64,000 bases of DNA from Magallana gigas (GCF_963853765.1 NC_088853.1:44206001-44270000), one strand, 5' to 3'; shown: positions 1 through 14,267, counted from the stretch's first letter. Made by a program: numbers and translations. The notes: generated by a model from the letters alone, not told the origin.

Positions 1-2477
1 TGGGGGTACACTGGGGTTGAAGTTCTGAGGTACTGGCATTCTGTTTCCAGGACCTAGACAGAACAGGTTTGGAAAACTGTTATTTGGACCTTTTCCAGTG
101 CATTATTGATTTTTGAGGTCTCTAATTCTAAAAAGCTTTTAAATTCTATACTACAAGAAACATGAGAAACTAAATAATGAAAAAAATAAAGTGGTACATG
201 AATGTCCTAAACAGAAAAATAAGTAGATGTCTGACATTGAATGATAGTAACAAATTTTATTTAGAAGAGGAAAAAATATTTCCTTTATATTCTATAAAAT
301 AGTTTATTAAGAGAAACCAATGAATACAATCAGACATAACTTGACTAGAAAACTGAAAATTAGTATTGTTTTAACACTCAGGTATAAATTACAAACCTGG
401 AAACCCTCTGGGGAACCTCTGAGTATTAGGCCCCACCAAGGGGGCTGCAAACCTGCCATGTCGACCCAAATTCTTCTGCCTGAAAAACATAAAGTAAAAT
501 ACATATACACATGTACAGTGTATGCTAGTTGACATCAGTAAAGCAATTGGTTGGAATTTTCTTAGATTAAATTGATGGCAGAACTGAAAGGTGAAAAAAC
601 AGATTTAGGATCCTTCACTGCAGTTAAATGAGGGCAGTGAAACCAATGAACGGTTGACTTTTATTGACCTTCTGATAAGCCAGATATTTCTGACTGGGGT
701 TATTGATTGTTATTCCATTACAAAGTTAAAATATTGATTTCTGTCAAATTTTAATCCAAAAGCACCATACAACTGGATTTTTCTGGAAGGCTGCTAATTT
801 TTATCTATAATTTATTTAAAGAATAAGGAATAATTCAAATATGGTGGGGGGGGGGGGGGGGGGGGGTGATCAAATCAAATCAAAATTATAATGGATTTCA
901 TCAAGCCTGGTCGTATTTGATCACCTCATAATTCAAAGAATGATTCCTTATTACTTAATATATTTATATAATTTTCAGCAATTGTGCAATTAATATTGAA
1001 ATAGTTATTGATGAAATGCATTGGACTATTAAAAACAAAATCGATTTGTAGTGTTATCACAAAGACAAAAAAAAAATTCCTAATTTGATACGGTATATCA
1101 ATACATTAATTAAGAAATCAAAAAACCCCAAATATACATATTCTGGACTAGAAATGCAAAAAGTTTCATATTTACAATAGAAAACAATTATGTATGCTAA
1201 AGTTGTGTGAATCCAAAACAAAATTAAGGTTACTTTTCTAAAATCGTTATCCCTACACCAAATATTTGTCTCACTGAACATGGTGAAGAGAGACACAATG
1301 AAGCCTAATAGTACTTTACACTGTAACTATTGTGAACCAACTTTTACTCGCGACAATCTTATTTCGCAATTTGTTGGAGATAAATTGGTCAGTTTGCCAG
1401 CTAATTTTTGCAATCGAGATTTAGATATAAATCATAAATATAATAATACCAGATACATTAATTTTGAGAATTGTTTTGTGTTGAGAAATATTTGTGACAA
1501 CGAAGCTCTTGTGAACCTAGCAAAAATTTCTTACCCACGTATAAAAGTGGGTTTACAGTAATCGTACCTCTCTGCATCCAGCTGTACAAAAGGATAACAG
1601 TTTGTCATGTAAGACGGAATCTGTTGAACCTGTACGGGTCCATCCACGGGGAATTGACGAGGGATGAACACCGCAGCATCTGGGGATAGGGAGTGACTCA
1701 CAGACTGAAATACAGAAAAAGACATTGAACATTATAATGCAATAAATGCCAGCTTAATATTCACAACACAGATTTTTCGTCATGATGCTTTTCTTTCAAT
1801 TATAGTTCTTCCACACTCTGCTCCAGATTTTCTTTTCACCATTTGATATATATATATATTTCTATAAAAAATACACATACCTATCAATGAGAAACAAATA
1901 AAAAAAAAAATTGATAAACTTTTTTCATTGACATTGAAATATTTTACCTATGGAAATTGACAAGAATGAAAACAGATTTTACATTAAAAAGATTTATAAT
2001 ATGAATATCTGTGACACCTTCTATATATTTGAATTCTTGGAACAGGTTGCACAAGTTTTCAGCATAACATACATATATGTCCTTTGCAAAGCAAATATCT
2101 CTGGACTTTTAAATTCTAATTTGCATTAGTCTACAGTATTTTATCTACGTATTAGAACGACATTGACACAGAGTGCATGGATTATTTATTTTCGTATGTA
2201 AATTAGCATGTACATGTCCCTGTATTGTTTAAGACTGTTATGAATTGTTTGCAAAATATATTTTTAATGAAATTTTCCATAATTGAAAGTCACTGACAAT
2301 TAAATGCACTATGTACTCTCAAATGTCATTTCTCAGTACATGTATGTTTGGGTCTGTGGGTATCCCCATCAGCCAAGTTAACCAACCAAAATATAGGTCA
2401 TTTGTACCATCCTATAACTATCGCAAATCATTTCTAAACTGAAAAGTGACACTCACAAAGTCAATTACCTGCTCCAT
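1..2477 (-). CDS. SECISBP2L: SECIS-binding protein 2 (SBP2/SBP2L)-like, 5' part; exons 2469-2477, 1568-1704, 397-479, <1-53; runs off the window
   Basis: GT/AG exons join in consistent phases (0, 2, 1) to give MEQ-SVSHSLSPDAAVFIP...IPSYMTNCYPFVQ... This recalls the SBP2/SBP2L N-terminus (LS.e..pFIP and IPSYLITCYPFVQ). The 9-nt first coding exon is the least certain part. Confidence 0.6.
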
Positions 2478-2557
2478 AGCGGAGGTCCTTTATACTGTCT
2501 GCATTACATCTTTAGTTCCACAAATCTATATTGTGACCCGACGTCTTCATCAGTGAG

Positions 2558-2574
2558 CCGCCATTACCGGAAGT
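2558..2574 (-). promoter_or_regulatory. YY1-like (CCGCCATT) and ETS (CCGGAAGT) motifs at the probable SBP2-like transcription start
   Basis: Adjacent motifs about 80 bp upstream of the predicted ATG; motif match only. Confidence 0.4.
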
Positions 2575-5341
2575 ATTAATACTAAAAGGTCGTGACCCCT
2601 GTTGGAGTCTTACGATATTTTTCATTGGATGATCCCAGCTGTGTTTACATCGTATCTTGTAAACAAAACCACGTGTAAACAATGAAATCGTGACTGTCGC
2701 ATTGCTAAATCCATCTAATATCTATAAGCAGGCCAAAATATATCGATTTTTGGACTAAAATGCAGACAGGTTTAGTTTTTCAAAAAGAGTACGTGTTTTT
2801 GATGACCTGCCTGTACGTAAATGTAAGATAAGCAAGTTTAAAACGTACGATATACTTGAAATATTCGATATTTTAAATATCCCAACCCCTCTTCTGCTGA
2901 TTATTTTTACACCATTGCTAGCATAAAGAAAATATTAAGCCACTATTAATAGCATGGTTTGTTTAAGTTCTCATTTAGCACAAAAGTATTAATATGAATT
3001 ATGATATTAAATATTCTGTTCATTTCATAATGATTTGTCTTTCATTCGGAATTAATGATCTCTGACTTATTTTGTTGATCGATATATTTCCAATAAAAGT
3101 TATACTTATGATTTTTTTTCTTTCTTCATTGTTGGAGATACCTGACTTGAAATTGGGACATACGCTTACGCAAACACTGCATGTAACTAATTCAAAATAA
3201 ACACCGAAATAAAACTTCATCACGAAATATGATATTGCTTCTCAAATTGTGTATTCCAAATTTCGTTATTATAAAATCCAAATCAATCTGAAGCAATTAC
3301 TCATCAGACACCAAGCTGATTTTCTTATGATACTCAACATCATAAAACAATTTGACAATTGTTGGAATCTAGTAATTTATAATTAGTTACGGCAGTATAT
3401 ATTTTAATAAATAACTGCAAATTTTCTTTGGCAAAACAAAATTTAAGGAATCCTTCTGCAGCTCTGCATATACATGGGACCTGTTGGATATTATATGTTT
3501 ACAAAAAAATCTTTTAATAAGTGTATTCTTTTCACATTTAAACCCTTTATAGTGCGCCCCATACCTCGGAGCCATAATATTTAACTTTAACAATGGGACC
3601 TAATATAGAACAAGCAAACAAGAATAACAGTGTTTTATTGCCTAATGTGACTAATATTTTAAAGGAGGCTTGATGGTCATCGAATATATATTAATCCATC
3701 AAGTCCATTAAATCCACCTAAACAATTTAGAAACACGGGCACCTGATCGACGTTATAATTTTTTTAGTAATGAAATAAATAGGCACCATTTACCTAATAT
3801 TAGGTATAGGGTATTTTTCTTCATGAGAACAAATAGTAAAGGGAATTTTATTTTCATTATGAGAAAAAAATTATAACGTCATGCAGGTGCCTGTATTTAG
3901 AAACGGGAGTTTTAGCCATAAACTTAGATGGTATTTAAGTAATGACAAATTCAAAATATTTTAGCCTTTAAAATTTGAATGTTTTCCTATTGATACACTC
4001 ATATATATCTCTTCTTCGAAAGGAGATTATTATAGTCGAAATATGGACACGCCCATAGAGCCCTCTTAAAATAACGTTGACACATGCATGTATTTCTCAT
4101 AATTAAAAATATACCCCTATATATAGCTACGTATATCCACAAATTAAAGTTATCGATCTATTCATGATGCACTTTAAAGCAGTGTGTGTTGCAATTCCCA
4201 AATGGATTTTCAATTCTATTCAATGACAGGTCTAGAAAAAAATATAATCAATTCTTATTACATTCATTTTTTGGTGGGACCGAGGCTATAAAGAGGCTCT
4301 TGCGAAATGAAGGCAATTAAACATTGTTTATCTTTAAAAATTAGATTACACAAAAAAAAAACCAATTTGATTTTTTAACATATTTATTTTAATAATAGTA
4401 TTGCTTTGTTTTAACATATGTTTTAATATAGATTTAAAATACAGGCAGAATTATTCCCTTAACATTATTGGCTTAATGAAATAAATAAAAAAATCCGTAA
4501 AATCAATTTTATAACTAATTGATCCGAAATACTAAAGAGTAATAGGTGGTGATTAAATAAGGCCAAAAGTTAATCCATCATTCAAAAATATTCCGAACAA
4601 ACAACAATTTTGTCCAAACAGATATAACTAATATTCATCCGAACATTACAGGTAACTTATTCGTCTATATGACTGTCTGTTTTTTGTGTGGCCCTCTCGT
4701 GCATCATTATCTATCATATGATTTATATAAATTAAATCAAAGAAAGCACCGAGTCTCGTAATAATTTGAAAACAATTTTAAGACAGGCCGTTTGTTGTAT
4801 ATCGATTTATTTCGAACTTTACATATAAAGAATGCATGTAGAAGTTCATGTATGGAGTTATAACCTAATCATATCATGTTCAATACATATACATACTGTT
4901 TGGCTAATATTATCAAAATCAATTTTTAATGTCAGTACATTAAATAATACGAATTCGTTATACGGTTAAAACGAATTACGGATATAGTGATATGTAAATC
5001 CAACAGTCCCTTAATTGGAATTCGCTATAACCGAGTTTTACTGTACAATACATATAAACATTGATTAGTTAATTTACATAGTGTATGTGTTGATTATGCA
5101 TCAACTTTTTTATTGCAGGGATGACACTGACTGAAGTTGACTAAATATCAAAAGGGGCGAACCTCACTACCATCAATACATATCCACAGCCCAACTACAA
5201 GTACATGTAGTTTACTGAGTCATATAAACACAATCAAACGTCGTCGTTTTGACTTTTGGCCTGGATTTCGGTATTATATAACGTCTGCTTCATCCTCACG
5301 TATGAAATCATCTTTAAAACAGAGGCCTGCAGGATCTTTTG

Positions 5342-8300
5342 TTACAATATGATACAGCGGGACCGATTTTCATGGGGTTTTGTGCTGGGCTTGATACTCT
5401 CCTGATGAAAATAAAAAATACGAATATATTCAACACTCATTTAATCTAGTTATATTCAAAAGCTATGGAAAAGAGAAATTAGAACCATTTTAACAAGAAC
5501 TTGGACTTTGGGTAGTTGTGTCAAACAGCATTGTGACGTAGGCCTGTCTATTTCATTGCTGGCCACTCAGCCATTGCTCTGTGAAATCAACAAGATTTGT
5601 CTGGCTTTTGAGCTACGACTACGCAATCGGTGTATATTTCGCTTGAAACCGCGTCAAACTTGAAAACTTGTTTTGACGAAAGAAATAGATAGCTACGTCT
5701 AACCGAAAGTCCAAGGTCTTGTTAAAATGGTTCTAATTAGATGTAATTCCAATGTTAAAACACTATTTTGACGTACTTCCATAGTTCTTTCAGTTTAAAA
5801 GATTACCTTTGTCAGTCCAAAATAGGCGTTTTTAATTTTGACGACATTTCACCAAAATAATCGCGAAATTAAAACCTCTCGAAAATAAACGTATTTACAT
5901 CATTGTAAATAGTACCTGCATGAGATCTGGCTCCCAGATACTACCCAGGAGTTTATTTTGTTGGTGGAGAATTTCTTTGACGAGTAGCTCAATGATGGAT
6001 TCAATGTTCATGCCTGTCTTGGCGCTGACCTCGCCGTAAAACGGAAGTAGTCCCTGCTCGTATGTCTTCTGGGTAAAAGAAAAGACGTGAAATTTTAAAA
6101 TATGGATTCTGATTTTCCTGAAACGAGATATAAGGATCTTGAGTTACGGAAAATATAAATATCATGGTAGATTAACCATGATTCAAAATAACTCGCACCC
6201 GTGAGTTTCTAGTCAGTTGTTTTTAAACTTTAAAGTTCATGTCACCGAAGGCAATCCCTCATGAGCAAAGATACACAATGAGTATCATTAACATATAACT
6301 GTCTTTGTCTGTGATAACATTACGAATCAATTTTGAAGCCTATGACCCAATAATTTCATAAAAAGCTGAGCAACACAAAATAGGCGTGTCTTATAGCATA
6401 ACCGAAACACGGCATTGGCTGCGCTGCGTAGTAATGCATAGCATGTGCTACATTTAAAAAATAGTGGTTTTAAAATAATGTTGTTTTAAAGTGTACAAAT
6501 TGGAAATAATATAAATAAAAGTTATAAGGAATCATTCTTTGAATATTATGAGGTGATAATTTCGGTCGGAGCGTGGTCAAATCTATCATAAAGCCCATCG
6601 GGTTTTGTTGAATTTGACCACGCCCCGACCGAAATTATCACCTCATAATACTCAAAAAATGATTCCTTATTTCTTAAATGCTTTCAAGTCCGTGTAAATG
6701 GTCTTTAAACTATATATGCAACACAATTTTGCAATTTGGTATGTATGAAATCAAATTAAGGAATAACTTAATTCGCTTTTTTTTTTATAAACCTTGGTAT
6801 TTAGGATCATTTCTGCCAGATTGTTTCTGTGTATTTAAGGAATAAGGAATCATTCTTTAATTGTTATACTTTCATGTTAAATACTGAAATCTGATTGGTT
6901 AAGACGCAGTTAATAATATTTACTATTACCCTCAGCGTTAGCAACGCACTTGGCAACGGGTAACATTAAAAAATGTTACATGCGCGAAAATTATGCGCGT
7001 ACGGTTCGCTGTAGAATTCACGTTATTCCTATATAAAAGCAGTAAAATTTTCTTAAAATTTTTAAAAAAGACATTCAGTATAACAAAATAAATAGTGCCT
7101 GTTTGGGAGGATAACAGTTGAAATTGACACCCCTCGAAAACCATTGTCAACCTCCGCTTCGCGTCGGTTGACAATGGTTTTCTCGGGGTGTCAATTTCAA
7201 CTGTTACCCTCCCAAACAGGCACTATTTATATAATGTTAATCGTATCTTAACATGAACAGCTAGTTGTTAAGTACTAGTAAACACATACAATACAGTCAT
7301 ACTAGCTAGTATTTCATCTTAATTTAGACTTTCAAATTAAAATAAAATTACTATTAAGTAACCGATATATTACCCTTTCACACTGTTCGTAGGGGACTCG
7401 AGCTGGGCCTGCTTTGAGATTCTGTGGAATGGTGGACGGATCGTCGAATTTGGCGCACGGATCCAAGTCGTTCTTGTTTCCTACGAGCATGATCACGGGG
7501 TCACCCAGACTGTGCTAAAACAAAAACAAAAAAACATCATAAGTAATAAAAATAAATAGATATGAGGCACAAATATGCTTAAATTTTCTCCACTATTAGT
7601 ATGCACACGTTATTTTGTTTCCTTTCCTGTCCGTAAGCCCTCTTTGCATAGCTAAAAGTTGGCACGCAAGTAATTAAATTGGTCCCTTGACTGACTATAG
7701 CATGGTTGTTAATTTTGTTGCTNNNNNNNNNNNNNNNNNNNNNNNNNNNNNNNNNNNNNNNNNNNNNNNNNNNNNNNNNNNNNNNNNNNNNNNNNNNNNN
7801 NNNNNNNNNNNNNNNNNNNNNNNNNNNNNNNNNNNNNNNNNNNNNNNNNNNNNNNNNNNNNNNNNNNNATAAGAAATATCAATGATTTAATATATACCTG
7901 TCGGATGTCTGTCAGCCAATCTTCAACTTCATTAAAACTGTTTGGCTTGGAGATATCATGTACAAGTACCACCCCCTGTAGATAGAAAAATGAGAAACAT
8001 CGATCAATATACTGCGGTATCAGGGTGGTGGCATTGCATGGTGGTTGATGGGTGGGAGTGGGTGGAGGGGGCACAACTGATGCAATGATGGTCATTAAGG
8101 AGTTGATTGATAATACCAAATTGGAAAATGAAAATTTTATTTTCTCGTACTTGTAATTATGTACGCACTTTTGTTATGAAACAATGTTAGAAAATATTAT
8201 CATAGATAAAAAAAAAATATTGCCTAGTTATTAAAGTACAGTTTTTATTGTTATCAAAATATGTGTGACGTTGATATGAAGAAATGCAGCCGTAGTGCGA

Positions 8301-9067
8301 CGTTTATATCTATGAAATACCGGTAGGAAAATTAGGTACACGTACAACGAATGAACATGAAAAATGTTCGAGGTTATAAATTGTTTACAAATTGATAATG
8401 TATATACATGTATTTGAAGGAGTGACTGAGGGGTAGGCCTCTATGAAATTTTTGTTTACTGTTAGTGATAGCGGTAGTGAATATATTGCAAGGTTTACAA
8501 GGTCGTCTGATCTTTGATAACATACATGCACTTGCGCTTTTGTGAAAAACCCAAGAACGAGTTTCTTTTGATATTCTTGTCCACCCGTGTCTCTGTATAA
8601 ATAAACATGCAATATACTATGAAGACAAAACAAGAGAGGCTGTACATATAATACTTGTATTCAGAAAAAGCTTTGTTTTGAAGACCTACATTAGTTCAAT
8701 TTGAATTTGTCTACCATAGACTTTTATGGACTTCTTGCGTATGTTTCCTCCTGTAACAAGAAATTTGAAAAAAAAGTTCGGTTTACTTTAAACGTTTCAA
8801 AATCGTCTGCAACTCCGTATATTGTAATTTGGACATATAGGAGTTCGACAAGGTTGTCCATTTAACCCTTACTCGTTCTCATTAAAAAGTTTCACGTAAC
8901 ATGCACTTACCTCTAGTGTATATATATTCTGAACTAAACTTTTGGTCGATATATCTTGTAATTATCGACGTTTTCCCAACACCATAAGTACCAACTAAGG
9001 CAATTTTGACATTTCGAATCAGTTGTTCTGTATGATCCTCTCCCTGTTTCGACTCTGAAGCACCCAT
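5342..9067 (-). CDS. Divergent Rab8-like small GTPase, 236 aa; exons 8911-9067, 8690-8750, 8532-8592, 7898-7975, 7374-7514, 5916-6068, 5342-5401
   Basis: All seven exons join in frame (711 nt). G-boxes: GTYGVGKT, DTGGQE, NKND, EVSAK. C-terminal CaaX (CIIL). Intron phases 1,2,0,0,0,0 and exon sizes 61/61/78 match RAB8A in this window. Confidence 0.85.
5480..5735. mobile_element. MITE family A, copy 1 (TA-flanked, ~30-bp TIR TAGAACCATTTTAACAAG.CTTGGACTTT)
   Basis: TIRs visible at both ends; similar copies at 10176-10440 and 53541-53806. Confidence 0.75.
6524..6670. repeat. Palindromic non-autonomous element, family B (ATAAGGAATCATTC...GATTCCTTAT)
   Basis: ~70-bp arms with a central AAAGCCC/GGG loop; second copy at 44042-44188 and a decayed copy near 820-955. 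Confidence 0.7.
6864..7235 (+). mobile_element. ~370-bp non-autonomous element ending in a long hairpin (family C)
   Basis: Inverted copy at 17582-17948 (both give the spurious ORF MSTDAKRRLTMVFEGCQF); hairpin arms about 65 bp around CTCCGCTTCGCGTCGG. Confidence 0.7.
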
Positions 9068-9968
9068 ATATAACACAGGTATGCATGGAAAATCACTCAC
9101 TCGTCCACCCGTTACGTGTTAAACTCACAAAATAAATCAGTATAAACCACCATATGCAAATATGATCAAATTCGGTCTTTTAATCCTTTTGTTTCACTGA
9201 TAAACTTTTTCTGTGCATCATCTCCCTTTCTTTTTTACATGGGTGCCACCCGGTATCTAAAAATAACTTCAATAGATCATTATCACGTGCACAGGTCACA
9301 TGGACAGTTTGATGGGATACAGATAACGACATGACACAAACATGTCCATAATTGATAAATCTTCTGCGTTCATATAAATCATCCATTTAGATAGGATATA
9401 TTATTGACTGGTAAAACCCCTCCGTTATACCTGAATACATCATCAATGCTTTGTACAAATACTGATTTGATAAACTGAACATCAGAATTTGAATATCAAA
9501 TCATTATTCCGAAAGCTGTTTAATTTCTTATGATATTTGATTTTATGTTGATTTTTTTTTATCCCAAGGTCTCCCATATCTTGTAAACACTTTGTGATTC
9601 ATGAAGAAAGGGAGAAATTCAAGGAAGTACACAAATCGACAAAAAAATTCATACACGGCGATATAGAATATTAATTATTTATTCATAATAAAACTCTGCA
9701 ACCTCCATAATACCTCTTTGATTGGTCAACACGCATTTTTTTTTTCATATTTCAGATAACGCAGGGCATTAATATTTTGAAAAGGCACTAAACCGAGCAT
9801 TCAGGTGGTTGTCCAAGTTCGCTTTTTATCCGCTTTTTCCTCCACATCATAAATTAATTTTTATTCCTCCACCAAATAACAGAGAAGTCATAAACCTTAT
9901 GTAGTGTAACATAATTAATATATACAATGTACATGAAAGTTGTGTTTTCTGCTTCAAACTGGTCGAAA

Positions 9969-9987
9969 CGCCATTTTGTGACGTCAC
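9969..9987 (-). promoter_or_regulatory. CRE palindrome GTGACGTCAC next to a YY1-type AAAATGGCG motif; probable promoter of the Rab8-like gene
   Basis: Motifs lie in a locally GC-rich patch about 900 bp upstream of the ATG at 9067. Confidence 0.4.
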
Positions 9988-10175
9988 ATTGACTGCATTT
10001 GGGACTGCGCCGCCTGCTCCGCTCCCTTCTTTGCAGTATCCATCAGTTGTTTATAATTCTCGTACGACAGTTTCAGTCCAAACCGTTCAGCAAACATCTT
10101 GGCTCTCTGGTAGTCTGCAAATGTATGATTATGTCATTTAATATTATCTTTTCCCATTTTGATGATGGGTGTATA

Positions 10176-10440
10176 TAGAACCATTTTAACATGAGCTTGG
10201 ACTTTGGGTAGTTGTGCTAAACCGCAACGTGACGCATGCCTGTCTATTTCATTGCTAGCCACTCAGCCATGGCTCTTTGAAATCAACAATATTTGTCTGG
10301 CGTTTGAGCTAAGACTACGCAATCGATGCATATTTCGCTTGAAACCGCGTCATTTTTAACTTGTTTTTAACGCAAGAAATAGATAGGTACGTCCTACTGA
10401 AAGTCCAAGGTCATTAAAAAGGGTTATTAAAATGGTTCTA
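10176..10440. mobile_element. MITE family A, copy 2
   Basis: Same TIRs and internal sequence as 5480-5735. Confidence 0.75.
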
Positions 10441-10640
10441 TAATGATCTAGCAAAGATGTGATGAGTGATGTATGTACATGTATATAGATGTATGTAGAT
10501 ATGGATGATGGGTGTATATCATACTATATGGTTCTAGTCCATAGACTAGATCCCTTTGTTCCTTCTATGATTTGCATTTAATTCGTTTTCAAAAACTTTT
10601 TTGTGTGCAGAATTTGTTTGGAATCGTCACGGTAGCAGTT

Positions 10641-10692
<52 letters not shown>

Positions 10693-10803
10693 TTTTCCTC
10701 GTATTGGCATCATCGGATCCGGACATCGGTGAACAAATTGAAAAGATTGGGGCGGGGGGGGGGGGGGGGGGGAGGGTGTTATTCGGACGTGGAGTGAACA
10801 CTA

Positions 10804-12337
10804 CTACTTACTTGCGTCGCCCTCTAAACAACAAGAGCAGCAGGAGGCGGCGCACAATTTGAAGCAGACGGCACAGGATCTGTAGATGTTCTTGACCCAC
10901 TTCATCAGCCAGTTGACGATGCAGCAGACAATCATCACGATGAAGGAGATCGCAAAGATGAACTTCAGTGCAAGCTTCTCCCAGTTCAACAACAACTTCT
11001 TGATTCGTGATTCTTCATCTGACTGATAAAATAAAATGGGTGATATGAGAGACCTATATTAGCTCAATGATTTGAGATTTTGAATTTACAATGAGGGCTA
11101 CCAGCTTTTACATATATTTACATAAATGCATAAAAATTTCCCCCAAAATATAAGACATGTCACTATTGCCGGATTTTTATTCTATTTGGTCAAATATACC
11201 AACGACTTTTTTTTTTATCATAATTGTATACCTACTATCACTTGAAAATGTACTCGTATTGGCATTTATGAATATCCCTTTGATTTTTTCTTCATATTTT
11301 AAATGGAGCAATTGCATAAATTTACGTAGTTACGCAATGGGTAGTTGTAAGGAGTGTGCACAAAGTTGTAAAAAGGAAAACAGGCATGTATCATCTTTAG
11401 ATACACAGCATTTGCATATTAATCATTTTGGAAGCTGTTTTTAAAACCAATTTATTTGACAAATTCTTTCACATCTTTACTTGATTTTAAACATACCATA
11501 TCTTTAGGCTACATGAATTCAACCAGGATTATAAATTGGGCATAGTCTATACAATTATAGAGTCGCGATAGGGCTAAGACAAAAAAACCGCTTTCACTTC
11601 TTTGATTGAAAATGAGAATTTTGATATAACGTATTCTTTGAGTAGACCCCTACTACGGGTTCACATATGAAAACTGAAATAAGCGCTGTTCACTGACTTA
11701 CATGTAATTTATAATAAAAAACAATATAATACCTCGTCTTTGTAATCGATTTCTCCCTCGCTGTAGTCATCGTAAGCCTCCTCGTCCCACCGTCTGTGGC
11801 GCCCGGACCGTGTGGTGGTGTTTGTGGTGAACTGTTCCGTGGTGCTTGTGTTGAACCGTCTCCTGGGTTTTTTGTTGAACTCTGTGGTGTTTTTGCTCAG
11901 CTGTGGCGTGGTGTTTTTGTTGAACTGTGTGGTGGTGTTGGTGGTGAACTGTGTGGTGGTGTTGGTGGTGAACAGAGCCGCTGCTCTGCGCTTTTTGTTG
12001 CCCTGTCTGGGGTTTTTGTTCAACCGCGTGGTGTTTTTGTTGTCCTGCCTGGGGTTTGTGTTCGACTGTGTGGTGTTTTTGTTGCCCTGTCTGGGGTTTG
12101 TGTTCGACTGTGTGGTGTCTGTGGTGAATTGTGTGGTGGTGTTGATGGTGAATTGTTCCGTTGTGTTTGTGGTGAACTGTTCCTTGACCTTGTTGTTGAT
12201 CTGAATGTTGATTTTTTTGTTGACCGGTGTGGTGTTTTTGTTGATCTGTGTGGTGTTTGTGGTGAACCGTGTGGTGGTGTTTGTGGTGAACTGTTCCTTG
12301 GTGTTTGTGGTGAACAGAGCCGCTCCTTTGCATTCTT
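10804..12337 (-). CDS. Partial mucin-like single-pass membrane protein; exons 11733-12337 (Thr/Asn-rich repeats) and 10804-11022 (TM plus Cys-rich tail); 5' exons not located
   Basis: The Thr-rich frame (QFTTNTTT repeats, RSGRHRR, acidic DEEAYDDYSEGEIDYKDE) stays open to a phase-0 GT donor. It joins an AG acceptor leading to a hydrophobic segment (LALKFIFAISFIVMIVCCIV) and CAASCCSCC, with high GC3. Confidence 0.6.
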
Positions 12338-14267
12338 CTGTTAATACTAAAATATATATTTTTTTACTAATTTTTTTTCTTTTGTTGCTGTATAGTTTAT
12401 TTTTTTCAGAGAATCATTATATCTGATTAAAAAACATTGAATGCCTAGTTTTGAAATCGTCGGTCCTATAACACACAAGACCGTACATACAAATTGGTTA
12501 ATAATTTGACAACATGGCGTGTTATAGACCGACGATATCTAAAAATGAGCATTGAATGCTTATCCATGTATTTATATTTATTGTGATGTTTATTTGTATA
12601 AAATATTTTTTATTATTGCTTTACAAGTCATTGTATACGCTCTTTGTCGGGGATATGGATAATAGATCGAACACTAAAAAATGATGTTGTTAATCAGGTG
12701 CGCTTCTGTGGCTCAAAATATAGAGCCAGAAACATTGCCGGGAAAAGTGGTTTTTTTTTAATTTATTTAGATTAAATGCATGTAGATATATCAGTTTACG
12801 ATTATTTTTCAAAAGTTATCAAATTACTCATGTAAGTTTGAACGTTTTGTCGTTTCATTAAATTTTTCAAAAACAAAACTATTTAAAACGCCTGATGGCG
12901 ATTACTTGTGCTCACATGCCGTGTATAAACTGAACGTCAAAGATTTCCAATTGCACACATAAGAGGAAAGTTATACTGTTTTTGAAATTGACCAAAAACT
13001 TATTATTTTTTGATTAAATAGATGTCACTGTCTCTTCAAGTATGCGTGCGATCTTTATTCGAATTTATAGGAATATGTTTATCAATAAAAATACTAAATA
13101 GTAAATAAATATAGATTTGTGCACCTTGAAAGATGTGGGATTATGACATTAACTGTATTCTATATAAATCAATGAGTTGTAGCTACCATTAATTCAAAGT
13201 AAAATAAATTTGCGTGTGAACCATGCATTACTTGTCACTATAAAATACTTGATGATAGTTATGGTTCACATGCTAATACAGTATCTATAAAATAAAAAAA
13301 AAATCGAAAAAGTATTTTTTGAAAATATAGTTTTCAGAGACATTAAAAAAACGATAGCATTGTCTAACCGCCTAACTAAAAGTCATATTTTGAAAGTTGT
13401 CTCATTAAAGTTTTTTTTTTTTATAATAATGTAAACATTTAATATGTATATTTTCATTAAATATAAATGATTTGGTAAAACAAAGAGAGAAAACTTTGTA
13501 TTTTGGGTTAAAATAATATAGTAGCTCATTTCATAACTGAAAATACCGGAAAACGGAAATTTCTTTTAAAACATCTCTCCCCTCCCCCCCCCCCCCCCCC
13601 CCCCCCGTGAAAAAAAATCCTTTTGAGTGGTTTTAATTGTTGTTATTTAGCATATTTTTACCAAAGGGTTTGTTGTTTCAAGGGGGGGGGGGGACATATG
13701 TCTACAAACCGAAATTCATTCCAAAAAAAGAATTTTGCTTTGTAAATTTTCGAAAAATAATTAACAGATATGAATTAAAATGAAATTTTACTTTAATATA
13801 CAGCGTAAATATGTTATTATTAAGTTTTTATGCACATATTGGCCGCTAAATAATATTTTCCTCACTCATAGAGACGATTTCAATGAAATTTTTTTTAAGA
13901 CCCCGCGTTAGCAAAACTTTAAAGATAAATAATTTGATTACAAATTTTTATTTTGATACAAATTGATTAGGATTTGATTATACTTTTCAGTAGAAAACTT
14001 AGTTTTTGAATATCTGACAGAAATTCCGAAATATTTGGATGTAAAATGTAGACGGGAAACGGTCGTTTGCGTTCGCAGTTCTTTGAAGAAAATGGTAATG
14101 GAAAATTGTCACTCTACAGTCAATGAATAAGTACGCAAAATCAAAACAAGCTTAAAATTCAACCATACTTAATTTTTTCATTTCCAAGAAGATTCGTTGT
14201 TTTTCATTCAATTAAGAATAAGTGCCCACAAATTACCGATAGAGGTTGGCAGGTATTGTAACCCTAT

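Noticed and set aside
9180-9408. ORF MDDLYERRRF... as an N-terminal extension of the Rab8-like gene
   Set aside because: No good in-frame acceptor links it to the 9067 exon; it is more likely 5' UTR or a uORF.
10572-10862. ORFs with (RE)n or (SL)n tracts here and near 23670, 23880 and 37870
   Set aside because: Translations of (GA)n microsatellites.
11767-12344. His-rich and antisense Gly/Val/Cys-rich ORFs as separate genes
   Set aside because: They are alternative frames of a low-complexity repeat; only the Thr-rich frame reaches a donor in phase with the TM exon.
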